DNA of 64,000 nt, from positions 434,001 through 498,000 of the forward strand of contig NW_002060969.1 in NCBI RefSeq assembly GCF_000150275.1, read 5' to 3'. The DNA comes from Trichoplax adhaerens. Lineage: Eukaryota; Animalia; Placozoa. The translations under genes and the position numbers were made by a program. The number at the start of each line of letters is the position of its first letter. The stretch's first letter is position 1. This document shows positions 27,227-39,200 of the stretch, in pieces. The notes under the pieces were generated by a model. It did not search any database, was not told the DNA's origin, and saw only the letters and a list, made by a program, of their open reading frames with translations.

Positions 27227-29033
27227 TTAACTGTATATATCATTGATAAGATAATCAACCTTAGAATAGTTACGTTTTTGGGCAAATTCGAGCCATCTTC
27301 TGGCTATGAGCCCGGTGATAATTAACAAAAAGAGCATTCCAAAAAATATAACAGCAATTAACGATCCACTAGAGGTAGAGTCATATTTCTTTATGATTAT
27401 CTTTGTCTTATTGGTGCTAAATTCTGAGGAAATAGTTCTCGATGCATCTTCTATTATTTGTTTACCACTGGTAGGAGTTACCGAAGATTCCAAATCCGAT
27501 GCTGTAGTAAGCTTTAAATGATTGTGAACTGTTTTCAGGATCACGTAAGTAAAAGTGGTCAGTTATACGAGAATTTGATTATATACAGTTAATTAATTAA
27601 ATGCCGTAGATTTATGAAAAATTTGATAACTAAAGTATTACTTAAATCATCGGTTAAATCCCATAAAAGCATGTAACTCCGATATACGTAACTATAATTA
27701 TAGTAATGAACAGCACATTGAAGTTATATCCTTTTCATTCTGCATGCGCTTGTCCATAATTCAGTATATCGATGTGGTGTCAATACTTTTTAATCTTTAA
27801 AATGAACTCAAACTAGCAGGTTATAATACTAACTACGTATTAGTGTGAATTACTAGAAATTCCTGTATTTGCGAGCGAAAAGAATTGGAAGATAATAAGG
27901 TAATAGTTCTATTAATTAATCATTTATATATGGTTTAAGCCTATCAGGCATTCTTTAGCGACTTACAGTGGACATACGTATCTATAGATTGTTATATATC
28001 GTGTAATCAAATCAAAATCTTAACAGTTGATCATAAGTACATTCAAAATGATAAACGTGTCATTTAATTTTGAAATTTATTCTGCAAATATTTCCTGATG
28101 ATATCTAAATACTCTAGAATGTACTCGTAGATATTCATGTCAATACATTTCGTACTCTTAAGCAGCTATTTATTAAAATATTTTAATCATTTTCAATCTT
28201 TTGTCAGATAGAGTGTATTCGTTAACAGTAATCGAATGGACTATTATGCGTACAGTAATCACTAATTACGCGAATTATCTTATTTTGGATTGCCGATCCA
28301 TCTTAACAATGAGGAGCATAGATGGTGCAACGCGCACTTAAGATAGTAGTATACATACATACATACATACAGTACTGTAATTATTTATTTATAATAATTA
28401 TAATCAATACATATGGCAAATTTTAGCCGGCGTTAGCAACAGTTATTCGTTCATGTTCTATGAATATAGTAATGGTGTACTGTCAAATGTTTTATTTAAT
28501 CATAATTGTACGCATATTTTATTATCGTTTATTAAGGACGATGAAAACACAGTAATGCCACCAAGTACAGCAACGTAATTAAACAATAAATTTCAAAAGT
28601 TGTCTTATAGTTATCCTGATAACCTACCGTTAACAGAGTCATTCGAAAGCAATGGTACATTTGGTACTGGTCCAGTGGTGCATACTGTATGATCCACTTG
28701 TCTTTGGAAAATGCATTTAGATATCACTGGGCAATGGTATAGTTTGCAGTTATGAGTTCCATCTTCCCTTATCGTCCTATGAAAGGTAACTACATTACAA
28801 TTTTTTTTATTACAACATCGAGCATAGCAGGAGTTTTCGTGAATAAACGATAGGCTCTCAATAATTGCGACTCCTTGGTGCTGCAGCGACAAATCATGGT
28901 TAATGACGACATCTTTGGTTTCATTTATAAAACATCTGTTTTCATAAAGTAAGAGACGGTGTTTACTAAGAGTAGATAAAAAGTTCATCATTATCACCAC
29001 CATGATAAAACAGGGTTTCATGGCACTCGGCAT
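27227..29033 (-). CDS. MANSC-domain type I membrane protein (MANSC1/C11orf24-like)
   Basis: Signal peptide plus Cys-rich MANEC domain (CYARCCNKKNCNVVTF..NCKLYHCP..KCIF) in the exon at about 28625-29033. The exon at about 27227-27535 holds an S/T-rich stalk, a TM helix (LIAVIFFGMLFLLIITGLIA) and the tail RNYSKVDYLINDIYS. Confidence 0.8.
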
Positions 29034-29149
29034 CCTTTTACCATTAGAAATCCCTGCCTTGAAAGTACTATTATTAAGAGTTTACACTTGATTATATTAT
29101 AATTATCAGACGAATCTAACAGTGTGAGCAAAGATAAAAACGCTATGCC

Positions 29150-29990
29150 CATACGTACAGTACAGAATGGACAGATAGTTCATTCACTAATATTTCAGAC
29201 CACTGTGCTCGTAATTGATCGGGTAGTTGTTTGTCACAACTTATTTACAGTATTAGATAGTAAGTAAACCCACAACTGATCAGGATACTATCCATGGTAC
29301 GGTATCACGGTATCACCGGTAACGTTTTAAATTACTGTACTTTTTCGATCTTGTTTAAGTCAACCGCTTTATACTGTATAGTATATACTGTATGTCATAT
29401 ACTGTATATGTACAGTATATGCTCTGTACTCATGTACGGTACAGTACACTACAGTACAGTACTGTAGATCGTTTGGCTTTGTACAATGCACACTGTACAC
29501 TGTACAGTACAGTAAAGTACAGTACTGCACCAGGGACTTCTAAAGACCAGACCATGAAGACCTCTAGTACAGTACAGTACTGTACAGTGTACAGTGTACA
29601 GTACAGCGAGGGATCGACTATGGTAAATGAAAATACGCAAAACTCTATAAAGTCATGGAGTACTGTACTCAGTGTACTGTACTACTCAACTAGATACAGA
29701 CAGGCGTACTTGGCTGCGGTATACAGTATATGTTACTTTATACAGTATATATACAGTATACTGTCATACACAGTACATTAGTAGGTTTAGGGCTAGGGTT
29801 GTACAGTATACAGTACAGTATTATACAGTACTCAGGTTTCGGACTGCTTATGTTCTTACTGTACAGTACAGTACAGTATACTGTACGCGTATCTTTTACT
29901 TCACACTAGTGTATGTACTGTACATACAGTACAGTAAAGTACACTGTAAAGTACTGTACACTGTACAGTACATTATCACTATCTCGTACT
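29150..29990. repeat. (TACAG)n/(CTGTA)n array in the MANSC/RAB3IP bidirectional promoter
   Basis: Dense units in both orientations. Confidence 0.9.
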
Positions 29991-30114
29991 AGAAATTTTC
30001 AAGTTGTGAAGAAGGATTTCTACAAATTCGTGAATGCTGTATGCAATGAACTGACTATATATTAAAGAACGATTCTAATTCTAACTGCACTAACAAGACA
30101 GAAGCGAAGTCAAC

Positions 30115-33100
30115 ATGGAGAAAGCAATCGTATCGAACAGCAATCAATCCCTAGATCACGAGTTAGTTGGTACGAAACCGCGTTCTTTAACATTTAGTGC
30201 GCCGGAATGCCTTAGGTAATATATTCCAGCACTGTTGTGATTGTGAATAACTTGCGATTTTAATTGTTCACTAAGTTTATTCAATACTTTAAAATAACAT
30301 ACAGCTAGTACTTTAATGCGTATTAATAATTGGTTATGACTAATATTGAAATACTAGTATAATTACAATGTTTCGATGATAACCATATTGCAAATTTTAA
30401 CGTAGACCTAAAGCACTAGAAACACTCAATGGTCACAACGTAAGTTCAGCAGCTAGTAACAGATCACCATCTCCATCTTTCGTCGAAGTAAAGGCCCTTG
30501 CACAAGCAAAATTGAAGGATGAACTTAAACGATACCAAGAAGTTAGACTGATTTAGCAGCTTACACTCACTCTGTTGTAGTTGTCACAGTTTCAAATTTA
30601 CTACAGCGGTACTTCAAAATAACAACTATATAATATAAAATAATAAAGTACTTTACTCGATTTAACTCTTAATAGGCCTATTGCCGTATTCTGCTAAGGA
30701 CTTTTCTAGAAGTCCCTAATTCTACCTGCTAACTTCAATATACCAATGACAATTAACAATACCATGATTCTTTAATTAAAGGAATTAAAACTCAAAGATG
30801 AAGAAGTAACAAAATTGAGCAAAGTTAAAGATCAAATTAATGAAGAAGTTGAAGAACTAACGGCCAGCCTTTTTGAAGTATGACAGTATAAAATACTCTA
30901 CATTACCACATAGATCATAAAACATATACAGCAGTTAAAATTTTTACAAACAACGGAATTGCCTCTACAATAAGGAAGCTAATTCTATGGTACTCGAAGC
31001 GAATATCAAGCAAGCAACGGCTGAGAAAAAGTTAGTTGAAGCTCAGAATAAGGTTGGTGTATTCTTTTACTGTTTTATTTGCTGATTTTAGAAAAGGATT
31101 TGTTCATTTCGCTGTACTGGAAGTCTGGAACTCTCTTGATTTTAAGCTTCCGCTATAACTTACTGTTCCATATACACGAACAGATCATCTCATAACATTG
31201 CACTGATTCTATGTCAGATTGAGGCGCTCGAAACAGAAATTGTAGCACTTAAACAGGTCTTAGAGTCGACTGAAAATCATTCCCAGGGACATTCCGATAA
31301 GCACAGACGAAATCTAACCAATCCTTTTCGTCAGGTAGCATTCCTAACCACATTGTTTTGAAGAATTATTGCCCGCGTATAGCCAATCAGATCCAATGCA
31401 TGTCATAATTTTCTTATGCCTCTTAGTTTTCAAATAAATTCAGTTCTAAAAACAAGCGAAATCAAGAAATACCTAGCATTTTTGAAAATGAAATTCCGGA
31501 GGTCTGAATTTAGTCTTATTAGCTTTAAGATTTAGGTGTTATCCATCAAATACAAAATAAATGTAATTTGATGTACCCGTCCCATAGGACGCATTAAGGT
31601 TAATCTCTGTACTGATTACCAAGTGCTATTCTTATTCATCTACCAAACACATTACATTTAGGTCGATTCTGTTTATTACGGTGAATTTCTCCAATGGTTG
31701 GATAACCCTGATTTGGACTACGCTAAACCTTTTCTGGCACGAATTTATGGTGAAGATATTTTAACGTGCCTTGAATTATCCAACAAAAACGTAATCTTCA
31801 AATCTTAGATTAGCATTAATACTTAAACTAAGGATTTTGATTAACTTTACAATTGATATTTCTGTAAACTAAAACTTTGCAGCTAACCCAGATTGTCCAA
31901 AGGGCAATAGAACGAAGTACGTTTCACATGGAAGCTTTAATCGATCCTATCATTAGGTATCACATAGTATTTTGCGAAAATGCAATTACTTATAGAGATA
32001 TGTTCGTAATTTGTAAATGTAATACTAAATTTTAACATTGTCTTATTAGAGAAGATGCCTTAAATGGTATAAAACAAAAGTGCAAATATCGCATAAAATG
32101 TACAGACGATTCGGAAGATTGGCTTTATATTGGTCAAAATACCAGAAATAGGGTAAATTAGTTAAAAATGTAGCACAGTCTCATTTGAACAAATAGCTTA
32201 AGGTTCATACAACAGTAAAGTTTATTTTCATACGTTACGTGGACAGTTGTTAAGAATAATCGCAGTAATGGACAGAAAATATCTATTTAGTTATAATGAT
32301 GACTACATACTCTATTTTTGGTAACTTGCCTACCGAAATCCTATCTCGTATTCTACTGTATACTATACAGTGCATATATCCGAGATACTACAGCAGTCTA
32401 CTAGAATGTGTCCTTGCAAAATACTGTATGACTCGAAATTCTTTGTTAACATCCCACAAGTTTTACAAAGTACAAACCATTATGTACTACGCCCCTTGAC
32501 ACTTTATCAATTTTTTGTCTGAACATATGAATGATATGAGTGATAGGACAAAATCTCTTAATTAAATTACCGGATGCATCGACTGATTATTAACTCCTTA
32601 GTATACCTCTGCACTTTGCCTGCTGCCGTTTTGCCACTAGAACCAAATTTCATGTACTCTTATCACAAAACTCACTAGATGAGTTAATGAATGTCCACTT
32701 AGAATAACGTCAGCATGATGTAGGAAATTGAGATACTAATGTTAACCATTCGAAAGTGCCACCACAGATGTAATATCAGTCCCTAGTGTTCGTTAACTAT
32801 TCAGATATGCTAGTGGATGCTTTTCAAATCACTTCTGCGTTGAGGATTCAGTATGCGAGATGGCCACCTCTGGTAGCATATTCTCAACATTTATCATTGT
32901 ATGGTAGATAATTCAGCCCACTAACCATGTGTTAATTAAGCTTTACATATTAACTTTTCCTTTTGAAGAACCTAAACTTTATGTAGTTTCTAGTATTCAG
33001 CACTCGAAACTTTTCCATAGCATTAAGTCCATCTGCTAACGTCTTTACTATTTAGCTATCAAGTGTATGCGATTTCCATGATTATATAAAATATATCCGA

Positions 33101-33305
33101 AATGGACTGGTTAAAAGCAATGGTATGGATCTGGCTGAGATTGCTTCGATTCCTGTATTTAATTATAGGATATTAAACTTTTGCCGTAATTATGTATTTC
33201 ATAGTGAATGAAATGTATCGCAAAATTATGTTTCTAAGAAAATCTATGGCTATTGCAAAGCTCGGATTTCTAGCCTTGCCAACAGACTATAACGCTATAC
33301 CATAA
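30115..33305 (+). CDS. RAB3IP: Rab8/Rab3A GEF Rabin8/GRAB (Sec2 family)
   Basis: Sec2 coiled coil [58 protein letters not shown], plus FLARIYGEDILTCL, SVCDFHDYIKYIRNGLVK and MYRKIMFLRKSMAIAKLG. Confidence 0.9.
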
Positions 33306-34164
33306 GTCACTAAACTACACATGAAGCTACATGCGACAAAGAATATTAAATTTTAATTTTTGGAGCAAGAACATATTTTCATTTTTCCAGTAAATATAAA
33401 AATATTTACGGATATACTTTGTCGACTTCCGTCGGTTAATTAGCGATTATAAAGACTCTTCTTGTAGTCTACGACTTTATGTATATCTCCAGGTATGCTT
33501 TGTTTTGAAGATCCTACGTCTGTTTGGTGCAGAAATAAACGAACTGTCAGTCAATCACGATTAGTACCCAATGCCTATCTATGATAGCAAAAAATAGTAC
33601 AGAAGCCTGATGTTTTAATTTAGTAATCAAATTGATCATTAAAACACTTGAAAATTTTATGATTTATTTTTAATATAAATATCAAATTACTACTTCGTCG
33701 TACTGTAAGAGCTCATGCAAACGCAAAGGAATTTGTTCTCCTGAAATAATATTCAGTTAGCTATGCCTTACAGTAATTGATGTAAATTTTTTGATCCAAA
33801 ATGGATATTCTATATTTTTGTTGCTTGTTAATGTTTTATTCCTCAAAAGAAAACCTTCATTCATGACGTGGAAAAGGTAATGAAATATTTGATATACTTA
33901 CTAAAGATTGCACCTATATGCTACAACAGTACGACCACATGCAACTGGTACCTTGTTCGGCATAGCTAACGCAACTATGTTTCCGATTAGAAATATTTAC
34001 ATTGTTATGTGCTCTAAGAAATACTGAAACATATTGTATCGGTATATATATATTTTTAACAAAATATTTTAAAGTTTCAGTAATTCTATATAGGTACATA
34101 GCATACAGTAAACTATAAAAGTACTTTGTATTATAAACCTGAAATCTTTATTACTTCAGTGATG

Positions 34165-35270
34165 ATTACGAATTTGCTGATACAATTCTTCTTCTTCTTC
34201 TAAATATTCAGATGTACGGTACACGTGTATTATTCTTTAATTAATAAAGTAGTACGTATACCTGGAAAAATTCTCATTTAACAGTGTATAATCTCTGTTA
34301 GGAAATCGAAATATCTAATAAATTGAAAATTGTAACTTCTTAATATGATACATATGAGTGTATATGAAGAGATTCCTTTCTATCAGTAATTGTATTTATT
34401 CGTAGGCAATAACAGGAAGTAATCATTAATTTATGGCATACAGGCCATTTCCCAACGTGCGTCTATGGCATTCTGTAAAATATACGTACATTCAAATAAT
34501 TTATTTCATTAATAGATGTCTTTCTATCAGTTTAATCTGTAGTTATAACATAAGGTACGATACTATGGTCTTCTACCATTTTAGATATAACCATTATTGA
34601 TAATACACATTTACAATAATTATTAACGTGAGAATGATTAGACAATATTAATTAATGCTGTGAGCGACAATGCCCGTATAATTCTCACGAAATCAGGTTA
34701 CCGTAGTGTAAAGTAATGTAGAGCAATAAAAAAGCGATGGTAAATATTTTTCTTTCTTATTGAAATCTCAGTGAGTCTTGAGAATAAATTTTATAAATTT
34801 AGCATAGATGATTGATGGCTAACTTCCTTTCAAAATAAAATATAACCCTCTTTGTTCAAAATTGTACTTAAGGTAATTTATGCGAGTCACTTGTACCACA
34901 AAGGGTTCAGCAGATACAACAAATCTATTATAGTAACTACATGTACACGTACGCAGTAATATTTTCATATCGTACAGTAAAATACTACCTAAATGTTGTA
35001 GTACGAATCTTGATTCTGTAATGCATACATAGAACAGCAATACATTACATGCTGCTGTACCAAGCCTATATCTAGCAGGCAATCTGCTTACAAATATTTG
35101 ATGATTTGTGGCATAATACCAGATAGCTCCTTTCTATCTAACAGCATAATACGAGTATAGCGTATTGTAAACTTACAATCAGGATGTCATCTGTAGAATG
35201 ATTCGACACGTAAGGGTAAAATCCCAATTTTATTTCAATTACTATTGTAGGGAAATCCCTGCGATGCAAT
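34165..35270 (-). CDS. Putative orphan gene made of very short exons
   Basis: Exons at about 34442-34472, 34262-34294 and 34168-34199 splice in frame as CHRRTLGNGLDYTLLNENFSRRRRRIVSANS*. Exons at about 35091-35137, 34989-35015 and 34891-34924 splice as DRKELSGIMPQIIKYLIKIRTTTFRFVVSAEPFVVQ. The link between the two sets is unresolved. Confidence 0.35.
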
Positions 35271-35629
35271 CTTAAATAAAATACAGTACATCCCACGACT
35301 AATCACAATTAAGGATTACGTACTTCTTACAAATTTAAAATTACAATACAACGCGTCGTTTATTCAAAATAAGATCCACTAAATACCCGAAATTATTTTT
35401 ATTCCGTCCAGTCCAAATTCTACACAAACCCTACTAATTGAATTATTTATTAATGAATCTTTATTAGTAGTATAAATTATTACATTGCTGCTTCTATTAA
35501 TGACTAGATATAACAATGTTTGAAGGCGATGATTGCATATTTACAGATAATGTTTACATTTGCGAGAAAGATAACCAGACTTTTCCAACATCTCGATTTA
35601 ACATTTGCTTGATTCACACAACGCTACAC

Positions 35630-35709
35630 TATAAAATACCGGTACTGTAGCTGCAATCAAGTATTCAATAAAAACATACAGCAATATATTCTCTCCAAGA
35701 ATTTCAAAG
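35630..35709 (+). promoter_or_regulatory. Putative TATA box and non-coding first exon of the prepropeptide gene
   Basis: TATAAAA at 35630, Inr-like TCA about 27 bp downstream, donor AG|GTGAG at 35709/35710, and an acceptor CCTACAG 13 nt before the ATG at 36221. Confidence 0.4.
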
Positions 35710-36220
35710 GTGAGCAAGTAATAACAGTTTATCTTAATCTATACCTATTCTCAATTTAATTATTTCTAAATTTTCGGCTTCAAATCATTTGTAAAAATGA
35801 AGAAAATATTCGCTATTAACAAGATAGTATAACTCTTACGTGCAGTATATAGTATTACTAAATGCTGTTCTATGCAACTTAATACTGAACCAAGTCATAA
35901 AGAAAATAAGATATTTAGAAATTAGAGTCAAACTTTATCTTTAGAATTGACAACCTACCTTATCGACAAACTGATTAGCTCATGCAGCAAGGTATTATTT
36001 GGTAATGGAATTAACAAAGGATGTCAATCTTCGTATTATATAAAGAACAAAATTCTCTAAATTATAATTTATTATCTAAGGAGGACAATTTTTGAATTTA
36101 TTTATGCCACTAAGTCAATGATTCTAGAATCCAATAAGTTTCGTTTCCCCTATTTGTACATTAAAAAAACGAATTTTAAGAAAATTGACTAAATTTCGTA
36201 CCTACAGCAAAGAAAGCAAA

Positions 36221-39200
36221 ATGAAAGCAAGCATTGCCGTCGTACTGCTTTTTGCCATAATGGCAACACTTAAAGTTCAGGTAAATCTCGATATTACCTT
36301 TATTTTTAACTTACCCCGCGCATTACTATAAATTCGCACATGTTTAATAGGTTATATTTTTTAATACAGACACTTATAGTCACCTCTATTATTATTAGAA
36401 CCATTCACTATAATTCTCAGAAATGCTAATACTCATAAAATTAACAGTTAAATATTAGTACCATTATTAAAACTTAGATCTAAATTGTAGGCCGATCGTA
36501 ATAAGGATATTTCTGAAGAAGTTAACAATCTTGACGCGACTCAGCTGCAAAAAATTCTTAAGGTAGAACTAACTTAACTATCAATTAATAATTATACTAT
36601 GTAGTCTCTTACAGTCTGAAACAGTGTAAATCATATGATATTGTTATTACAGCAGTCATCATAGAATAAATTTTGTCTGTGGGCTTATGTGTGATGTAGC
36701 ATGTATATTATGGATCACATAACACTATAACTTGCAGTAACTAGATCAAAATCTGTAAGTGTATGTTGTATCCATAGCTATTTTAAAAGAATAACTAGAA
36801 CGAGCATTTGCTAGTTTTACTACAAAAATAAAATAAACGTCTCATGCAGTAAATTTATTATTTTCTGCTGCGAGATTCATCCAACCATAGTTATCTACTG
36901 ATATCACATCTTGATAAATTCTATTAGAGAGTTTTCTGCTATGCATATAATTGACCCCTAAAAATAGTTCCAGTAGACTATCTTGAAAGAACGTATAGGG
37001 TTGCACTAAATTAATTACTTGCTTTAGATCAATACTCCATTACGAATTGTGTATGTTTCTTAATGAAATATAGACGCGAAAGTATTAATAGGCCGACGCC
37101 TTCAATAAGCCGAATACCTAATCCCTAAATGATACTGTCATTAATACAATTACGACGATTAATTATGCGAAAAATGAGCTAGTAAATATTGAATATAGTT
37201 TCTACCGTTATTCTGTATTTAAAGTTTTCTTGATAAAAAAAATAGGACGTCAGACTTGCTATTTATTTACTATTTCCAAGTTAAGGCTTTTCGAGCATAT
37301 AAAAAACTGTACAAAAATTCTTATCGCATAGGCAACATATAAAGTAACACGGTTATCTAGCAAGTATCTACACTAATTAATTACTAATTTACTTATTAAC
37401 TGCTTTATAGAGTCTCATTGACAAAATAGAAGAAGTTGAGGTAAGTCAACTTCCCATGCTCTTTTTATAGTCATATTCTATTCATGTCATTCACAATATT
37501 CCCATTAAGAGATGCACTAACGCAAACTTCTGTCTAGTGTTGTGTTAGATGTACTATTTTCATGTATTTTAGGCGTCAGTATGCTTTTGGAAAAAGTTTA
37601 TTTAAAATATTACTGCAAAGAAGTAATATACAGTAGAATAAGTTAAATACTTTGAATAAAAGGTTAAATGTCTAGATTTCGCTCAAAGTACTGTACAATA
37701 AAAGATGCGATCCATTTCACATAAAATTCATTATCAAATTCATTTTCTTTTACAATTTCACCGCACGAAATAACCTTAGAATAATGCCAACATAAGATAA
37801 ATATCTGACATACGCATATTTTAGATACAGTATTCACATGGTATACATTTGCAATAGTATCTTTTAACTCCGTTACTAACGCGTAATGTTGTACATTTAT
37901 ATCACGTTTATTAGTATTGGAATTGAATGAAGGTTATAAGTAGGACTCTTATTAATCACTATAATATATGTAAATGCGTAATGTATTATATATGAAATAC
38001 AATTACAATGACATTTCCTAAGCATATACTGAACGATTATATGCGTACTCAATTGTTACGGTGCTTAATTGATACATGTTATGCTCCATGTTTATCAGCA
38101 ATAGGATTAATCAAAGGTTATACAGTTCGACAGTTTTAAAATAAAGAAATAGTCAAGACCTTCCTCCTTGATTTCTAATAGAGTTTAATATATAGATTTC
38201 ATACGTATTGCAAATAAATTCTAATGGCCGATGTGTGTTATAAATATAATTCTTACTTAAATTATTAAAACTATTACGTACCCTAGTTTGTTGCTATGAA
38301 TAATTACGGAAGACTTTCGTCATAAACGAGAGCATTTGCCTTTTTTTTTTTAAGAATGATGATGAAAGATCAGGTGAACTATTAGCACGCGTAAGTATCC
38401 ATATATCAGCGATTGTATCATATTTTAATAATCTTTACATTGATATTTCATATTTATAAAATTACTTGGATCATATATTTTCGTAAGTTATTTAAGATTA
38501 CTCTGGTTAATTTCTTTAAAACTGAGTTAACAGGAGCCAACACAAGAACCAACCTTTTGGCTGGTAAATTTAGAACTGAATTTAAGTATCATTTAAAATA
38601 TAATCAAATGATTACGTATTTAAACCATGATGCAGATCTTGAAAGCCTTAAAATGTTTACCAAAGCTTATGTACAAAGTTAAAATTAAAGTTGGTCATAC
38701 TGGTTTATAGTAATACCCTATGAGATGCTGTAATAATTACATTTATGCTTAATACGAAATAATAGTCCGCTAATTGTGTATACCTAAACACTACTCCAAT
38801 TTAAATTTAGTTATGCTAATAATAGCGACAAAAATATGACAGAAGCTAATCACTGTAGCTGTGTACCGTAAAGCATCTTAATACAACAAGCTATGATATG
38901 TGATGCTAATAGAGAAATAGAGATGATACCTTAGATAATTCTTTAACTTAAAACTTTAACGAAAAAAATTGTTAGCTCTGCAAAGTAATTAAAGGCTATT
39001 ATTCTTTCATAAGTATATGAAATAATTTGACTATACTGCACGACTGCGTGATAAATTAAAATGAACAATGCCGATACACGTTACAATTTTGAACAAAATA
39101 CAGCTGAGCTAAATTATCTGAGTTCGTTAGTTATGGTATTAACGTAATATTCACTTTTTGACATTTTACATATGACGGTATGATGGACAGAAAATGGATA

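Noticed and set aside
32520-32930. Slightly GC-richer patch in a long RAB3IP intron (snoRNA, CTCF-like site or nested gene)
   Set aside because: No canonical C/D box pair with terminal stem is visible, the motif match is imperfect, and the frames examined are interrupted by stops.
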